Positions 10,989-22,261 of a stretch of 64,000 nucleotides of DNA are shown piece by piece. This stretch comes from Malacoraja senta (Eukaryota), in the NCBI GenBank assembly GCA_038087875.1, contig JAXLNO010004436.1:186001-250000 (forward strand). The letters are read 5' to 3'. Made by a program: the position numbers and the translations under genes. The first letter of the stretch is position 1. Each line of letters starts with the position of its first letter. The notes below the pieces were generated by a model that saw nothing but the letters and a program-made list of their open reading frames with translations, was not told the DNA's origin and ran no database searches.

Positions 10989-13900
10989 TCAGTATCCCGT
11001 ACCTGCCTTCTCTCCATACCCTCTGATCCCTTTAGCCACAAGGGCCACATCTAGCTCCCTCTTAAATATAGCCAATGAACTGGCCTCGACTACCCTCTGT
11101 GGCAGAGAGTTCCAGAGATTCACCACTCTCTGTGTGAAAAAAGTTCTTCTCATCTCGGTTTTAAAGGATTTCCCCCTTATCCTTAAGCTGTGACCCCTTG
11201 TCCTGGACTTCCCCAACATCGGGAGCAATCTTCCTGCATCTAGCCTGTCCAACCCCTTAAGAATTTTGTACGTTTCTATAAGATCCCCTCTCAATCTCCT
11301 AAATTCTAGTGAGTATAAACCAAGTCTATCCAGTCTTTCTTCATAAGACAGTCCTGACATCCCAGGAATCAGTCTGGTGAACCTTCTCTGCACTCCCTCT
11401 ATGGCAATAATGTCCTTCCTCAGATTTGGAGACCAAAACTGTACGCAATACTCCAGGTGTGGTCTCACCAAGACCCTGTACAACTGCAGTAGAACCTCCC
11501 TGCTCCTATACTCAAATCCTTTTGCTATGAAAGCTAACATACCATTCGCTTTCTTCACTGCCTGCTGCACCTGCATGCCTACTTTCAATGACTGGTGTAC
11601 CATGACACCCAGGTCTCGCTGCATCTCCCCTTTTCCTAGTCGGCCACCATTTAGAAAATAGTCTGCTTTCCTGTTTTTGCCACCAAAATGGATAACCTCA
11701 CATTTATCCACATTATACTGCATCTGCCAAACATTTGCCCACTCACCCAGCCTATCCAAGTCACCTTGCAGTCTCCTAGCATCCTCCTCACAGCTAACAC
11801 TGCCCCCCAGCTTAGTGTCATCCGCAAACTTGGAGATATTGCCTTCAATTCCCTCATCCAGGTCATTAATATATATTGTAAATAGCTGGGGTCCCAGCAC
11901 TGAGCCTTGCGGTACCCCACTAGTCACTGCCTGCCATTGTGAAAAGGACCCGTTTACTCCTACTCTTTGCTTCCTGTTTGCCAGCCAGTTCTCTATCCAC
12001 ATCAATACTGAACCCCCAATGCCATGTGCTTTAAGTTTGTATACTAATCTCTTATGTGGGACCTTGTCGAAAGCCTTCTGGAAGTCCAGATACACCACAT
12101 CCACTGGTTCTCCCCTATCCACGCTACTAGTTACATCCTCGAAAAATTCTATAAGATTCGTCAGACATGATTTACCTTTCATAAATCCATGCTGACTTTG
12201 TCCAATGATTTCACCACTTTCCAAATGTGCTGCTATCCCATCTTTAATAACCGACTCTAGCAGTTTCCCCACTACCGATGTTAGACTAACTGGTCTGTAA
12301 TTCCCCGTTTTCTCTCTCCCTCCCTTCTTAAAAAGTGGGGTTACGTTTGCTACCCGCCAATCCTCAGGAACTACTCCAGAATCTAAAGAATTTTGAAAGA
12401 TTATTACTAATGCATCCACTATTTCTGGAGCTACTTCCTTAAGTACTCTGGGATGCAGCCTATCTGGCCCTGGGGATTTATCGGCCTTTAATCCATTCAA
12501 TTTACCCAACACCACTTCCCGACTAACCTGGATTTCACTCAATTCCTCCAACTCCTTTGACCCGCGGTCCCCTGCTATTTCCGGCAGATTATTTATGTCT
12601 TCCTTAGTGAAGACGGAACCAAAGTAGTTATTCAATTGGTCCGCCATATCCTTGTTCCCCATGATCAACTCACCTGTTTCTGACTGCAAGGGACCTACAT
12701 TTGTTTTAACTAATCTCTTTCTTTTTACATATTTATAAAAACTTTTGCAGTCAGTTTTTATGTTCCCTGCCAGTTTTCTTTCATAATCTATTTTTCCTTT
12801 CCTAATTAAGCCCTTTGTCCTCCTCTGCTGGTCTCTGAATTTCTCCCAGTCCTCTGGTATGCTGCTTTTTCTGGCTAATTTGTACGCATCATCTTTCGCT
12901 TTGATACCATCCCTGATTTCCCTTGTTATCCACGGATGCACTACCTTCCCTGATTTATTCTTTTGCCAAACTGGGATGAACAATTTTTGTAGTTCATCCA
13001 TGCAGTCTTTAAATGTCTTCCATTGCATGTCCACCGTCAACCCTTTTAGAATTAATTGCCAGTCAATCATGGCCAATTCATGTCTCATACCCTCAAAGTT
13101 ACCTTTCTTTAAGTTCAGAACCATTGTTTCTGAATTAACAATGTCACTCTCCATCCTAATGAAGAACTCAACCATATTATGGTCACTCTTGCCCAAGGGG
13201 GCACGTACAACAAGACTGCTAACTAACCCTTCCTCATTACTCAATACCCAGTCTAAAATAGCCTGCTCTCTCGTTGGTTCCTCTACATGTTGATTTAGAT
13301 AACTATCCCGCATACATTCCAAGAAATCCTCTTCCTCAGCACCCCTGCCAATTTGATTCACCCAATCTATATGTAGATTGAAGTCACCCATTATAACTGT
13401 TTTGCCTTTGTCGCACGCATTTCTAATTTCCTGTTTGATGCCATCCCCAACTTCACTACTACTGCTAGGTGGCCTGTACACAACACCCACCAGCGTTTTC
13501 TGCCCCTTAGTGTTTCGCAGCTCTACCCATACCGATTCCACATCCTCCAAGCTAATGTCTTTCCTTTCCACTGCGTTAATCTCCTCTCTAACCAGCAACG
13601 CTACCCCACCTCCTTTTCCTTTCTCTCTATCCCTCCTGAATATTGAATATCCCTGGATGTTCAGCTCCCAGCCTTGGTCACCCTGGAGCCATGTCTCCGT
13701 GATCCCAACTATATCATAGTCATTAATAGCTATCTGCACATTCAACTCATCCACCTTATTACGAATGCTCCTTGCATTGAGACACAAAGCCTTCAGGCTT
13801 GTTTTTACAACATTCTTACCCCTTATACAATTATGTTGAAAAGTGGCCCTTTTTGATTTTTGCCCTGGTTTTGTCTGTCTTCCACTTTTACTTTTCACCT

Positions 13901-14081
13901 TGCTACCTATTGCTTCTACCCTCATTTTACACTCCTCTGTCTCTACGCTCACACATTTAAGAAACCCTTTCCCTTTAACTCCATCCTCCACTATCCCATT
14001 CGAAACCCCACCCCCCTTATTCAGTTTAAAACCATCCGTGTAGCAGTGGCAAACCTGCCTGCCAGAATGCTGGTCCCACAC
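10989..14081 (-). CDS. CR1 ORF2: APE endonuclease plus reverse transcriptase
   Basis: 1030 aa without a stop. LNARSI, GITETW, MGDFN, SDHN (endonuclease); NYRPVSLTS, QHGF, YLDFQKAFD, GVPQGS, FADD (RT). Confidence 0.95.
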   Translation of the reverse strand: MWDQHSGRQVCHCYTDGFKLNKGGGVSNGIVEDGVKGKGFLKCVSVETEECKMRVEAIGSKVKSKSGRQTKPGQKSKRATFQHNCIRGKNVVKTSLKALCLNARSIRNKVDELNVQIAINDYDIVGITETWLQGDQGWELNIQGYSIFRRDREKGKGGGVALLVREEINAVERKDISLEDVESVWVELRNTKGQKTLVGVVYRPPSSSSEVGDGIKQEIRNACDKGKTVIMGDFNLHIDWVNQIGRGAEEEDFLECMRDSYLNQHVEEPTREQAILDWVLSNEEGLVSSLVVRAPLGKSDHNMVEFFIRMESDIVNSETMVLNLKKGNFEGMRHELAMIDWQLILKGLTVDMQWKTFKDCMDELQKLFIPVWQKNKSGKVVHPWITREIRDGIKAKDDAYKLARKSSIPEDWEKFRDQQRRTKGLIRKGKIDYERKLAGNIKTDCKSFYKYVKRKRLVKTNVGPLQSETGELIMGNKDMADQLNNYFGSVFTKEDINNLPEIAGDRGSKELEELSEIQVSREVVLGKLNGLKADKSPGPDRLHPRVLKEVAPEIVDALVIIFQNSLDSGVVPEDWRVANVTPLFKKGGREKTGNYRPVSLTSVVGKLLESVIKDGIAAHLESGEIIGQSQHGFMKGKSCLTNLIEFFEDVTSSVDRGEPVDVVYLDFQKAFDKVPHKRLVYKLKAHGIGGSVLMWIENWLANRKQRVGVNGSFSQWQAVTSGVPQGSVLGPQLFTIYINDLDEGIEGNISKFADDTKLGGSVSCEEDARRLQGDLDRLGEWANVWQMQYNVDKCEVIHFGGKNRKADYFLNGGRLGKGEMQRDLGVMVHQSLKVGMQVQQAVKKANGMLAFIAKGFEYRSREVLLQLYRVLVRPHLEYCVQFWSPNLRKDIIAIEGVQRRFTRLIPGMSGLSYEERLDRLGLYSLEFRRLRGDLIETYKILKGLDRLDAGRLLPMLGKSRTRGHSLRIRGKSFKTEMRRTFFTQRVVNLWNSLPQRVVEASSLAIFKRELDVALVAKGIRGYGEKAGTGY

Positions 14082-14947
14082 CTGTTAAGATGCAATCCGT
14101 CCCTTTTGTACAGTTCCCCCTTACCCCAAAACAGATCCCAGTGATCTAAAAATCTAAATCCCTGCCCCGTGCACCAGTTCCTGAGCCACACGTTCAGGTC
14201 CCGTATCTCCCTGTTCCTGCTCTCGCCAGCACGAGGAACTGGAAGCAAACCGGAGATAACAACCCTGGAGGTCCTGCTTTTCAGCATTTTTCCGAGCTCT
14301 CTAAAGTCACGCTGCAGAATATTCATCCCCTTCTTTCCGACATCGTTTGTGCCGACATGCACTACCACTTCCGGATGTTCACCTTCGCCCTTGAGGATTT
14401 TCTGCACTCTGTCCGTGACATCCTGGATCCTGGCACCAGGAAGGCAGCACACCATCCTCGCATCCCGTCTGTTGCCACAGAAACCCCTGTCCGTACCTCT
14501 CACAATGGAGTCTCCCACTACAATGGCGTTGCCTGCCTTAGGCCTTTTTGGTTTTGGCTCAACAGCCCTATTCGCATCGCAAGCCAGTCCGCCGCTCAGT
14601 GTAAACACGTCTTCTGTCCCAACAGCTTCTAAGTGGGTGAACCTGTTCACAAGAGGTACAACACCCGGGGACGTTGGCATTCCATGCTTCCCTCCCTTTC
14701 TCACCGTCTCCCACCTTCTCTCTTCCAGTACCTTAGGTGTAACAATCGTACTGTAGGACTTGTCGAGGAACGACTCCGTTTCTCGGACGAACCGGAGGTC
14801 ATCCACTTGCTTCTCCAGTTCCCCAACACGGCCCTTCAGGAGGTCTACCTGGATGCACTTCTCGCATTTGTAGCAGCCAGAGGCACCAGCGGTGTCCTTG
14901 ACCTCCCACATACTGCAAGCATCGCACTGAATCAGCTTGCCTGACAT
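14021..14947 (-). CDS. CR1 ORF1: zinc finger/leucine zipper plus SGNH esterase
   Basis: 308 aa. CxxC...CxxC followed by a heptad segment, then GDSIVRG, VHVGTND and DGLHLN, the esterase motifs known from CR1/L2 ORF1 proteins. Confidence 0.92.
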   Translation of the reverse strand: MSGKLIQCDACSMWEVKDTAGASGCYKCEKCIQVDLLKGRVGELEKQVDDLRFVRETESFLDKSYSTIVTPKVLEERRWETVRKGGKHGMPTSPGVVPLVNRFTHLEAVGTEDVFTLSGGLACDANRAVEPKPKRPKAGNAIVVGDSIVRGTDRGFCGNRRDARMVCCLPGARIQDVTDRVQKILKGEGEHPEVVVHVGTNDVGKKGMNILQRDFRELGKMLKSRTSRVVISGLLPVPRAGESRNREIRDLNVWLRNWCTGQGFRFLDHWDLFWGKGELYKRDGLHLNRCGTSILAGRFATATRMVLN

Positions 14948-16084
14948 CTTCTTTCGTCTCTACCTCTCAAGCGTATTGCGTGGTCTCCTCTCCTCAGCCG
15001 AAGACTCTCGAGCCAAAGACTCACACTTTTCTCACAGGGCACTTCCCTCACAAGGCCGCTCACTCACTGCCGCTTGCTAAGAGCCGTCTTGCTTAAATTG
15101 ACCGATTTACCACTTTACAAACAAAATTCCTCAGTTTTCAACTGTTTTCCCGGCACTGACTCACTTCTCTCCTCCCACTCGGGCTAGAGCCAATCAGTCG
15201 TATCTCTTGCTAATCTCCTGCTGCTGTTGCTCCCAAATCTACAGCAGTTTTGAATGATGTCTACCCATTGCAGGGTAAATGGGACTAGCTTAAATGGGGT
15301 ATCATGATTAGCTTGGACAAGTTGGGCCAAAGGGCTTGTTTCCCTGCTGTGTGACTCTCTATGACTGCTTTATAGCAAAGAGCGCTGCTGCCTCATAGCT
15401 CCTGTGATCCGGGTTCAATCATCTCCAGTGCAGTCTGTGTGGAGTATAAGCATTCTCCCTGTGACAATGTTTGTTCTCCAGTTTCCTCCCACATACCAAA
15501 ATGTGCTGATTTAGTAGATTAAGCCACCGCTGAAAATAGGTGGATTTGTGGCATTGATAGAAATGAGGAAGATCCGTTTTGGGGAAAATTAGTGTTGGAA
15601 TGGTTTTGTTCTCTGGGCTAGAGTGGGCTCAGGAGGCTGAAAGGCCTCTTTCTCTGTCACATGGATTTATGGGCAGTTATTTATCCTTGAACTGCCTTCT
15701 TTCTCATTTTAGTCAACAGTGTAAAATTGAACTAATTGTCTGGATTGAACTATTTAACAATTGTAGATGAAAGGAAGAGCAGAGGCTGCTTTCCTCCACA
15801 CACAAAGTGCTGAGGAACTCAACGGGTCAAGTGGCATCTTTGGAGAACATGGGAAGGCAGATATTTCGGGTGAGGATCCTACTTCAGACTGAAGTTGGGT
15901 CACGTTAGAACATGCTTTGTACTCACACTCGCAGTCCAGTGTTAGTTTTCAAGGATTTTTTGTTATTCACAGCTTGTAGTTGTTAAATATTCAGCAGAGA
16001 GAAGACGAGACAAACTAAAGCACCTGCAAAACACAACTAAAAGACCGCAGAAAGAAGCTTGAAAAGAAGGCTCTTATCTAAACA

Positions 16085-18080
16085 ACGTACTTTCAAGAGA
16101 GAGTTAGATTTAGCTCTTAAGGCTAAAGGAATCAAGGGATATGGGGGAAAAGATTAGTTAAAACAAATGTAGGTCCCTTGCAGTCAGAAACAGGTGAATT
16201 GATCATGGGGAACAAGGACATGGCAGACCAATTGAATAACTACTTTGGTTCTGTCTTCACTAAGGAAGACTTAATTAACTGCCGAAAATAGCAGGGGACC
16301 GGGGGTCAAATGAGATGGAGGAACTGAGTGAAATCCAGGTTAGCCGGGAAGTGGTGTTAGGTAAATTGAATGGATTAAAGGCCGATAAATCCCCAGGGCC
16401 AGATAGGCTGCATCCCAGAGTACTTAAGGAAGTAGCCCCAGAAATAGTGGATGCATTAGTGATAATTTTTCAAAACTCTTTAGATTCTGGAGTAGTTCCT
16501 GAGGATTGGAGGGTACCTAATGTAACCCCACTTTTTAAAAAGGGAGGGAGAGAGAAAACAGGGAATTACAGACCAGTTAGTCTAACATCGGTAGTGGGGA
16601 AACTGCTAGAGTCAGTTATTAAAGTTGGGATAGCAGCACATTAGGAAAATGGTGAAATCATTGGACAAAGTCAGCATGGATTTATGAAAGGTAAATCATG
16701 TCTGACGAATCTTATAAAAAATTTCGAGGATGTAACTAGTAGAGTGGATAAGGGAGAACCAGTGGATGTGTTATATCTGGACTTTCAGAAGACTTTCGAC
16801 AAGGTCCCACATAAGAGATTAATATACAAACTTAAAGCACACGGTATTGGGGGTTCAGTATTGATGTGGATAGAGAACTGGCTGGCAGACAGGAAGCAAA
16901 GAGTAGGAGTAAACGGGTCCTTTTCAGAATGGCAGGCAGTGACTAGTGGGGTACCGCAAGGCTCAGTGCTGGGACCCCAGCTATTTACAATATATATTAA
17001 TGATTTGGACGAGGGAATTGAATGCAAAATCTCCAAGTTTGCGGATGACACAAAACTGGGGGGCAGTGTTAGCTGTGAGGAGGGTACTAGGAGGCTGCAA
17101 GGTGACTTGGATAGACTGGGTGAGTGGGCAAATGCATGGCAGATGCAGTATAATGTGGATAAATGTGTGGTTATCCACTTTGGTGGCAAAAACAGGAAAG
17201 TAGACTATTACCTGAATGGTGGCCGATTAGGAAAACGGGAGATGCAACGAGACCTGGGTGTCATGGTACACCAGTCATTGAAAGTAGGCATGCAGGTGCA
17301 GCAGGCAGTGAAGAAAGCGAATGGTATGTTAGCATTCATAGCAAAAGGATTTGAGGAGCAGGGAGGTTCTACTGCAGTTGTTCAGTGTCTTGGTGAGACC
17401 ACACCTGGAGTATTGCCTACAGTTTTGGTCTCCTAATCTGAGGAAGCACATTCTTGCCATAGAGGGAGTACAGAGAAGGTTCACCAGACTGATTCCTGGG
17501 ATGTCAGGACTTTCATATGAAGAAAGACTGGATAGACTCGGCTTGTACTCGCTAGAATTTAGAAGATTGAGGGGGGATCTTATAGAAACTTACAAAATTC
17601 TTAAGGGGTTGGACAGGCTAGATGCAGGAAGATTGTTCCCGATTTTGGGGAAGTCCAGAACAAGGGGTCACAGTTTAAGGATAAAGGGGAAATCTTTTAG
17701 GACTGAGATGAGAAAAACATTTTTTACACAGAGAGTGGTGAATCTCTGGAATTCTCTGCCACAGAATGTAGTTGAGGCCCGTTCATTGGCTATATTTAAG
17801 AGGGAGTTAGATGTGGCCCTTGTGGCTAAAGGGATCAGGGGTTATGGAAAGAAGGCAGGTACAGGATACTGAGTTGGATGATCAGCCATGATCATATTGA
17901 ATGGCGGTGCAGGCTCGAAGGGCCGAATGGCCTTCTCCTGCAACTATTTTCTGTGTTTCTATGTTTCTAAAAGCAGGAATGGGGTACTGATTCTAGATGC
18001 AGGCATGATCATATTGAATGGCGGTGCTGGCTCGAATGGCCGAATGGCCTACTCCTGTGCCTATTTTTCTATGTTTCTAT
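16085..18080 (+). mobile_element. CR1 copy, 5'-truncated, same subfamily as 10897-15240
   Basis: Near-identical RT text in broken ORFs 16315-16644, 16684-17436 and 17351-17872, with a duplicated 3' end. A short extra 3'-end fragment precedes it at about 16085-16150. Confidence 0.93.
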
Positions 18081-18567
18081 AATTAGTATACATTCGGCTA
18101 TTTGTGGTGTTTCTTGAAAACACGAAGACGAGAGAATGTAAAGGATCTGCAGAACAACTAAAAGACTGCAGAAAGCAGCTAGAAAAGAAGGCTCTTCATC
18201 TATACAACATAATTATGTTTTATTCAGCTATCATTGTTTGTAGAGTTTCTTATTGGAATGAAAACATCATCCAAGTTTTGACCTTTCCTTGTTACTCCTG
18301 GTCCCAGGGGCATGGTTGGCATTAGCTCATTACCTTCATCCTAATAAAGGGTTGTTGTTCACAGTTGTGCCTAGGTTTTTATCAGTTATAACCTTGAGTT
18401 CACAAACTGTTCTTTGTCTCTGGGCTAAAGTTCACAGACTCTCCTTTTCAAGGAGTGAGCAGTTTTAAGCAAACTGACTTCAGCAAATCCTTACAAATTC
18501 CATCACCCCCCCCCCCCCCCACTTTGATTCATCAATCAATGCCAGAGGGAATGAATCATCTAAGTAA

Positions 18568-19238
18568 AGGGGCCTGTCCCACTTACGTGTATATTACGCG
18601 TTGAGCCGCGATGGTCCGGCGAAGGTTGGGCGCGATTACATGCGTACGCACAGCCGTCTGGAGTGCGTGACGTCATTTGAAGATGGACACAAAGCTGGAG
18701 TAACTCAGCGGGATCGGCAGCATCTCTGGAGAGAAGGAATGGATGACGTTTCATGTCGAGACTCTTCTTCAGTCTGAAAAGAAGGGTCTTGACCCGAAAC
18801 ATCACCCATTGCTTCTCTCCAGAGATGCTGCCGGTCCCACTGAGTTACTCCTGCATTTCGTGTCTATCTTCAATTTTCATGGCCCCTCTCTGGGAGTAGA
18901 AGTGGGGGCGGATCTGGACCACAACGGCCGTGAGCCCCAGGCCGAGTTCGGCGATCGTTTGCCTGCTTCTGCTCCTGTTGAAAGTGAGACTTTGCGTCGT
19001 GCCAGGGTCTTGGGCCTGTCCCACTTTGGCCGTCAGTTCCGCGACAGGCCGTTGGCGCGCGAAGATTTCGTTCACTACAAAATTATTGGAGCCCCGCGCG
19101 ATGTCGCGCACAACTACATACCCCTCCGCGCTTCTCAGTGAGACCGGTCCCGCGCGGCCATACGATGCCCGTGCGCCTCAACGCGACCACGAGGTTGCAT
19201 AATTTGTGTGCCAAGGACACGTAAGTGGGACAGCCCCT
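18568..19238. mobile_element. Harbinger/PIF-like MITE
   Basis: TIRs aggggcctgtcccacttacgtgt / acacgtaagtgggacagcccct, flanked by TAA on both sides (18565-67, 19239-41). Contains a nested palindromic Penelope-derived repeat at about 18679-18871. Confidence 0.75.
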
Positions 19239-20259
19239 TAAAAATACCAAGGAAGGGTAGCGCAGCTACACATCACTGGATATCTTTAACCTGTTCAATC
19301 ACTGGATATCTTAAACCTGTTCAATGACACCGCCAAGTACACTAGGGATCATGGCCAATAGTGAAAAATAAACTTGGCAGTGAACAGCTTAATGGTCTCC
19401 ATATTTTAGAGAAAGTCTTCAATGCCCATGAGGGGTGAGCCTTATTATATCTATGTTTCTCTAAATATAGGAAGCACTTTTGTGGTAAAAGATGGGGCAG
19501 CTCGGGCCTCGAAAAGATCCAACCTTATGTGCAGCTTTACATTTGTTTATATGCAATAAGCAAAAAGAACACAATAGAAGATAAAACATGATAATAATTA
19601 TAAGCAAAGCCAAGAGATCGTGGCCTTACACGAGTTGCTGCCTTGCAGCACCAGAGACCCTGGTTTGAACCTGACTACGAGTGGTGACTGCACGGAGTTT
19701 GCATGTTCTCCCCGTAACCTGTGTGGCTTTTCTCTGAGATGTAGGTAAATTGGCTTGGTATAATTGTAAATTGTCCCTAGTGTGGGCTGAATGGCCTGTT
19801 TCAGCACTGTATCTCCAAAGCAGTGGTTCTTAACCGGGGGGTCGTGACCCCCATGGGGGTCGTTTGGGGTTTTTCCGGGGGTCATGAAGGGGTTGTAAAG
19901 AACATCAATTTGTTGAGCCTATTTTTAGGAACCTAACAAAGGTACAGACCACACACAGTATTTTGTTCACGAATGCGCTTACGTATACACAGGGCCTATG
20001 AGAGGGGGGTGCAGGGGGTACATCGTATGCGGGCCCAGAGTCCAATAGGAGCCCGGGAGCTGAAGGAGGGGGGATGGGAATTTCCTGAAATCTCAGAAAA
20101 TGTTTGCATATATTTTGTGAATACTAGCATTCACATTTTGTGCCTTCGGAGTTTTATATATTGTAATTCGTAGAAATTGTGATCCATAATAAAGCAGGGA
20201 ATTTTAACTGGTGGTGTGTGGTCGGGGTAACCTGATTAAAAGAGAGGGAAGGGGAAGAC

Positions 20260-20585
20260 CCATCACTACTGATGGGTCTTCCCTGCAGGAGAGAGGAGGT
20301 GGAGAGCACTAGGACCCAACAGTCATCACTACTGATGGATCTTCCCTGCAGGAGGAGGGAGAGCACTAGGACCCAACTGACTGATGGATCTGCCCTATAG
20401 GGGGGGGGAGCACTAGGACCCAGCAGAGTCATCACTACTGATTGATCTTCCCTGTAGGGGGAGGGAGAGAGAGCACTAGGACCCAACTGACTGATGGATC
20501 TGCCCTATGGGGGGGGGGGAAGCACTAGGACCCAGCAGTCATCACTACTGATTGATCTTCCCTGTAGGGGGAGGGGGACTAGGAG
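20260..20585. repeat. Minisatellite of about 55-60 bp units
   Basis: Repeated agcactaggaccca...actgatggatct...c(c)cta(t)ag + G-run. Confidence 0.8.
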
Positions 20586-20879
20586 CCAGCAGAGTTAGAC
20601 CACGTGCTGCCTGCATGGTGGAGGTTGTGGGCCTGGTGCTGAACCGGGAAGGTGATGGCTCTGGCCTGCTGGTGGCCGGTGGAGAGGCAAGTGTCGGCGG
20701 AGTCGCTGGCGGAGGCCCGTGGGGAGCTGGAGTAGAGATATGGGCTTTCCAGCGACAGTGGCTGCGGTGGCCCCACCCAGGGAGGTGGTGAGAGTCGGCA
20801 GCCACGGCTGTTTCAGTGGTCCGGGCCTGCGTTTGGGTGGGAGAGTGGGCGTGGGTAAGTGGGTGGATTTGTGTGGGTG

Positions 20880-21080
20880 GGGGTGTGGGTCAGTGGGTGT
20901 GGGTCAGTGTGGGTGGTGGGTGTGAGTGGGTGTGTGTGTGTGTGTGTGTGTGTGTGGGGGGGGTGTATGTGAGTAGGTGTGTGTGTGTGGATGTGTTTGG
21001 GTGTATGCGAGTAGGTGAGTGTGTGTGGGGGTGTATGTGAGTAGGTGAGTGAGTGTGTGTCTGAGTGTATGTATGTGTTA
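20880..21080. repeat. (GT)n-rich microsatellite
   Basis: Long gtgtgtgt runs with interruptions. Confidence 0.85.
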
Positions 21081-21189
21081 GTGGGAGGGTGAATTTTATA
21101 AATGAAGTTAAAACCATTAGATCTGTTGAACTTGTTAACAGACTATTGACTTGGTAACCTGTTTCCAAATGTTTGTGTTAGCTTCAGAA

Positions 21190-21320
21190 TACTATTAACA
21201 ATTCCAGCAACAGTAGCTTCTGCAGAGAGGTCATTTAGCAAACTCAAGCTGATTAAGAATTATTTAAGGTCGACAATGTCTCATGAACGTCTTGTGGATT
21301 TGGCCAGGCTAAGTATTCAA
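21190..21320 (+). mobile_element. Second, unrelated hAT dimerisation-domain fragment (Tip100/ZMYM1-like)
   Basis: Translates LTIPATVASAERSFSKLKLIKNYLRSTMSHERLVDLARLSI. Confidence 0.8.
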
Positions 21321-22261
21321 AGTTAAAGTCAGTTTTATTCATCACATACACCCGAAGGTGCAGTGAAGTGAATTTGCCAGCAGTGATACACGTAAAAAGA
21401 ACACACAATACACAATAAAATTGAACACAAACATCCACTACAGCATTCTTCACTGTGGTGGAAGGCAACAAGTTTCAGCAAGTCCTCCTCCTTTGTTCAC
21501 CCGTGTTCGGGGCCATAACCCCTCCGTAGTCGCCGCTAGGGACGGCCCGATGTACAAGGCCCTCTCGTCGGGATGATCCAAACTCCGACGTTGGGACGGA
21601 CAAACACACTCTGCGGCTTGGAGGTCCCGACTCGGCACTTTCCTACTGGAGACCGCAGCTTCAGGATGTTATAGGCCGCAGGCCAGCGGTTTTGCGGTTA
21701 AATATAAAAGGATGTTTCAATGTGAATTCTTTCTCCTTATCTGTATTGTAGCATAAACAAAGATGTTCAAAACAAAGGTAGATAAAATGCTGGAGAAACT
21801 CAATGGGTGAGGCAGCATCTATAGAGTGAAGGAAAACAAATGTGCTTGCTGATCCTTTTATGTTATTTATATTTATTTATATTTATCATGGAGGGTGTAT
21901 AGGGACATAAGGCCTCAAATGCAGAAAATCAACAGAGCGCCCCATCCCACCCCTCTCTCAACTTCCGTACCCCTTTTTGCCGTGCAAGCCACAGCTCATG
22001 GCATAAAACTGTAGCATAGTGGATAAAAACAGGATGACTAATGGAGAAGGGAAGGGGGCCCAAAAGAAACTTTGTATCCACTGATAAAATTCCTCTCAGG
22101 CCCTGCGTATACACGCACAAACAGTGTGTGTTGTGAACCATGTCTTCCAAGACGCGCACGTATAGTGAAACATTTCTCAAGTTCGGCTTCACAAGCATTG
22201 TTCCAAATCCGTGGTCAAGCCGCAATGTGTTCTCTGTGCCAAGGTTTAGAGTCACGAGAGC

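Larger units (their letters stand above)
10897..15240 (-). mobile_element. Full-length CR1/HER1-like LINE with ORF1 and ORF2 open
   Basis: 3' tail (CTATGTTT)n at 10897, two uninterrupted ORFs and about 290 nt of 5'UTR. The 5' boundary is approximate. Confidence 0.95.

Noticed and set aside
11377-13719. Plus-strand ORFs of 90-170 aa overlapping CR1
   Set aside because: They are antisense shadows of RT coding sequence and recur opposite every CR1 copy.
14021-14947. Functional link between the CR1 ORF1 SGNH esterase and the SGNH-fold NXPE gene
   Set aside because: An esterase ORF1 is a normal CR1 feature, so the co-occurrence is coincidental.
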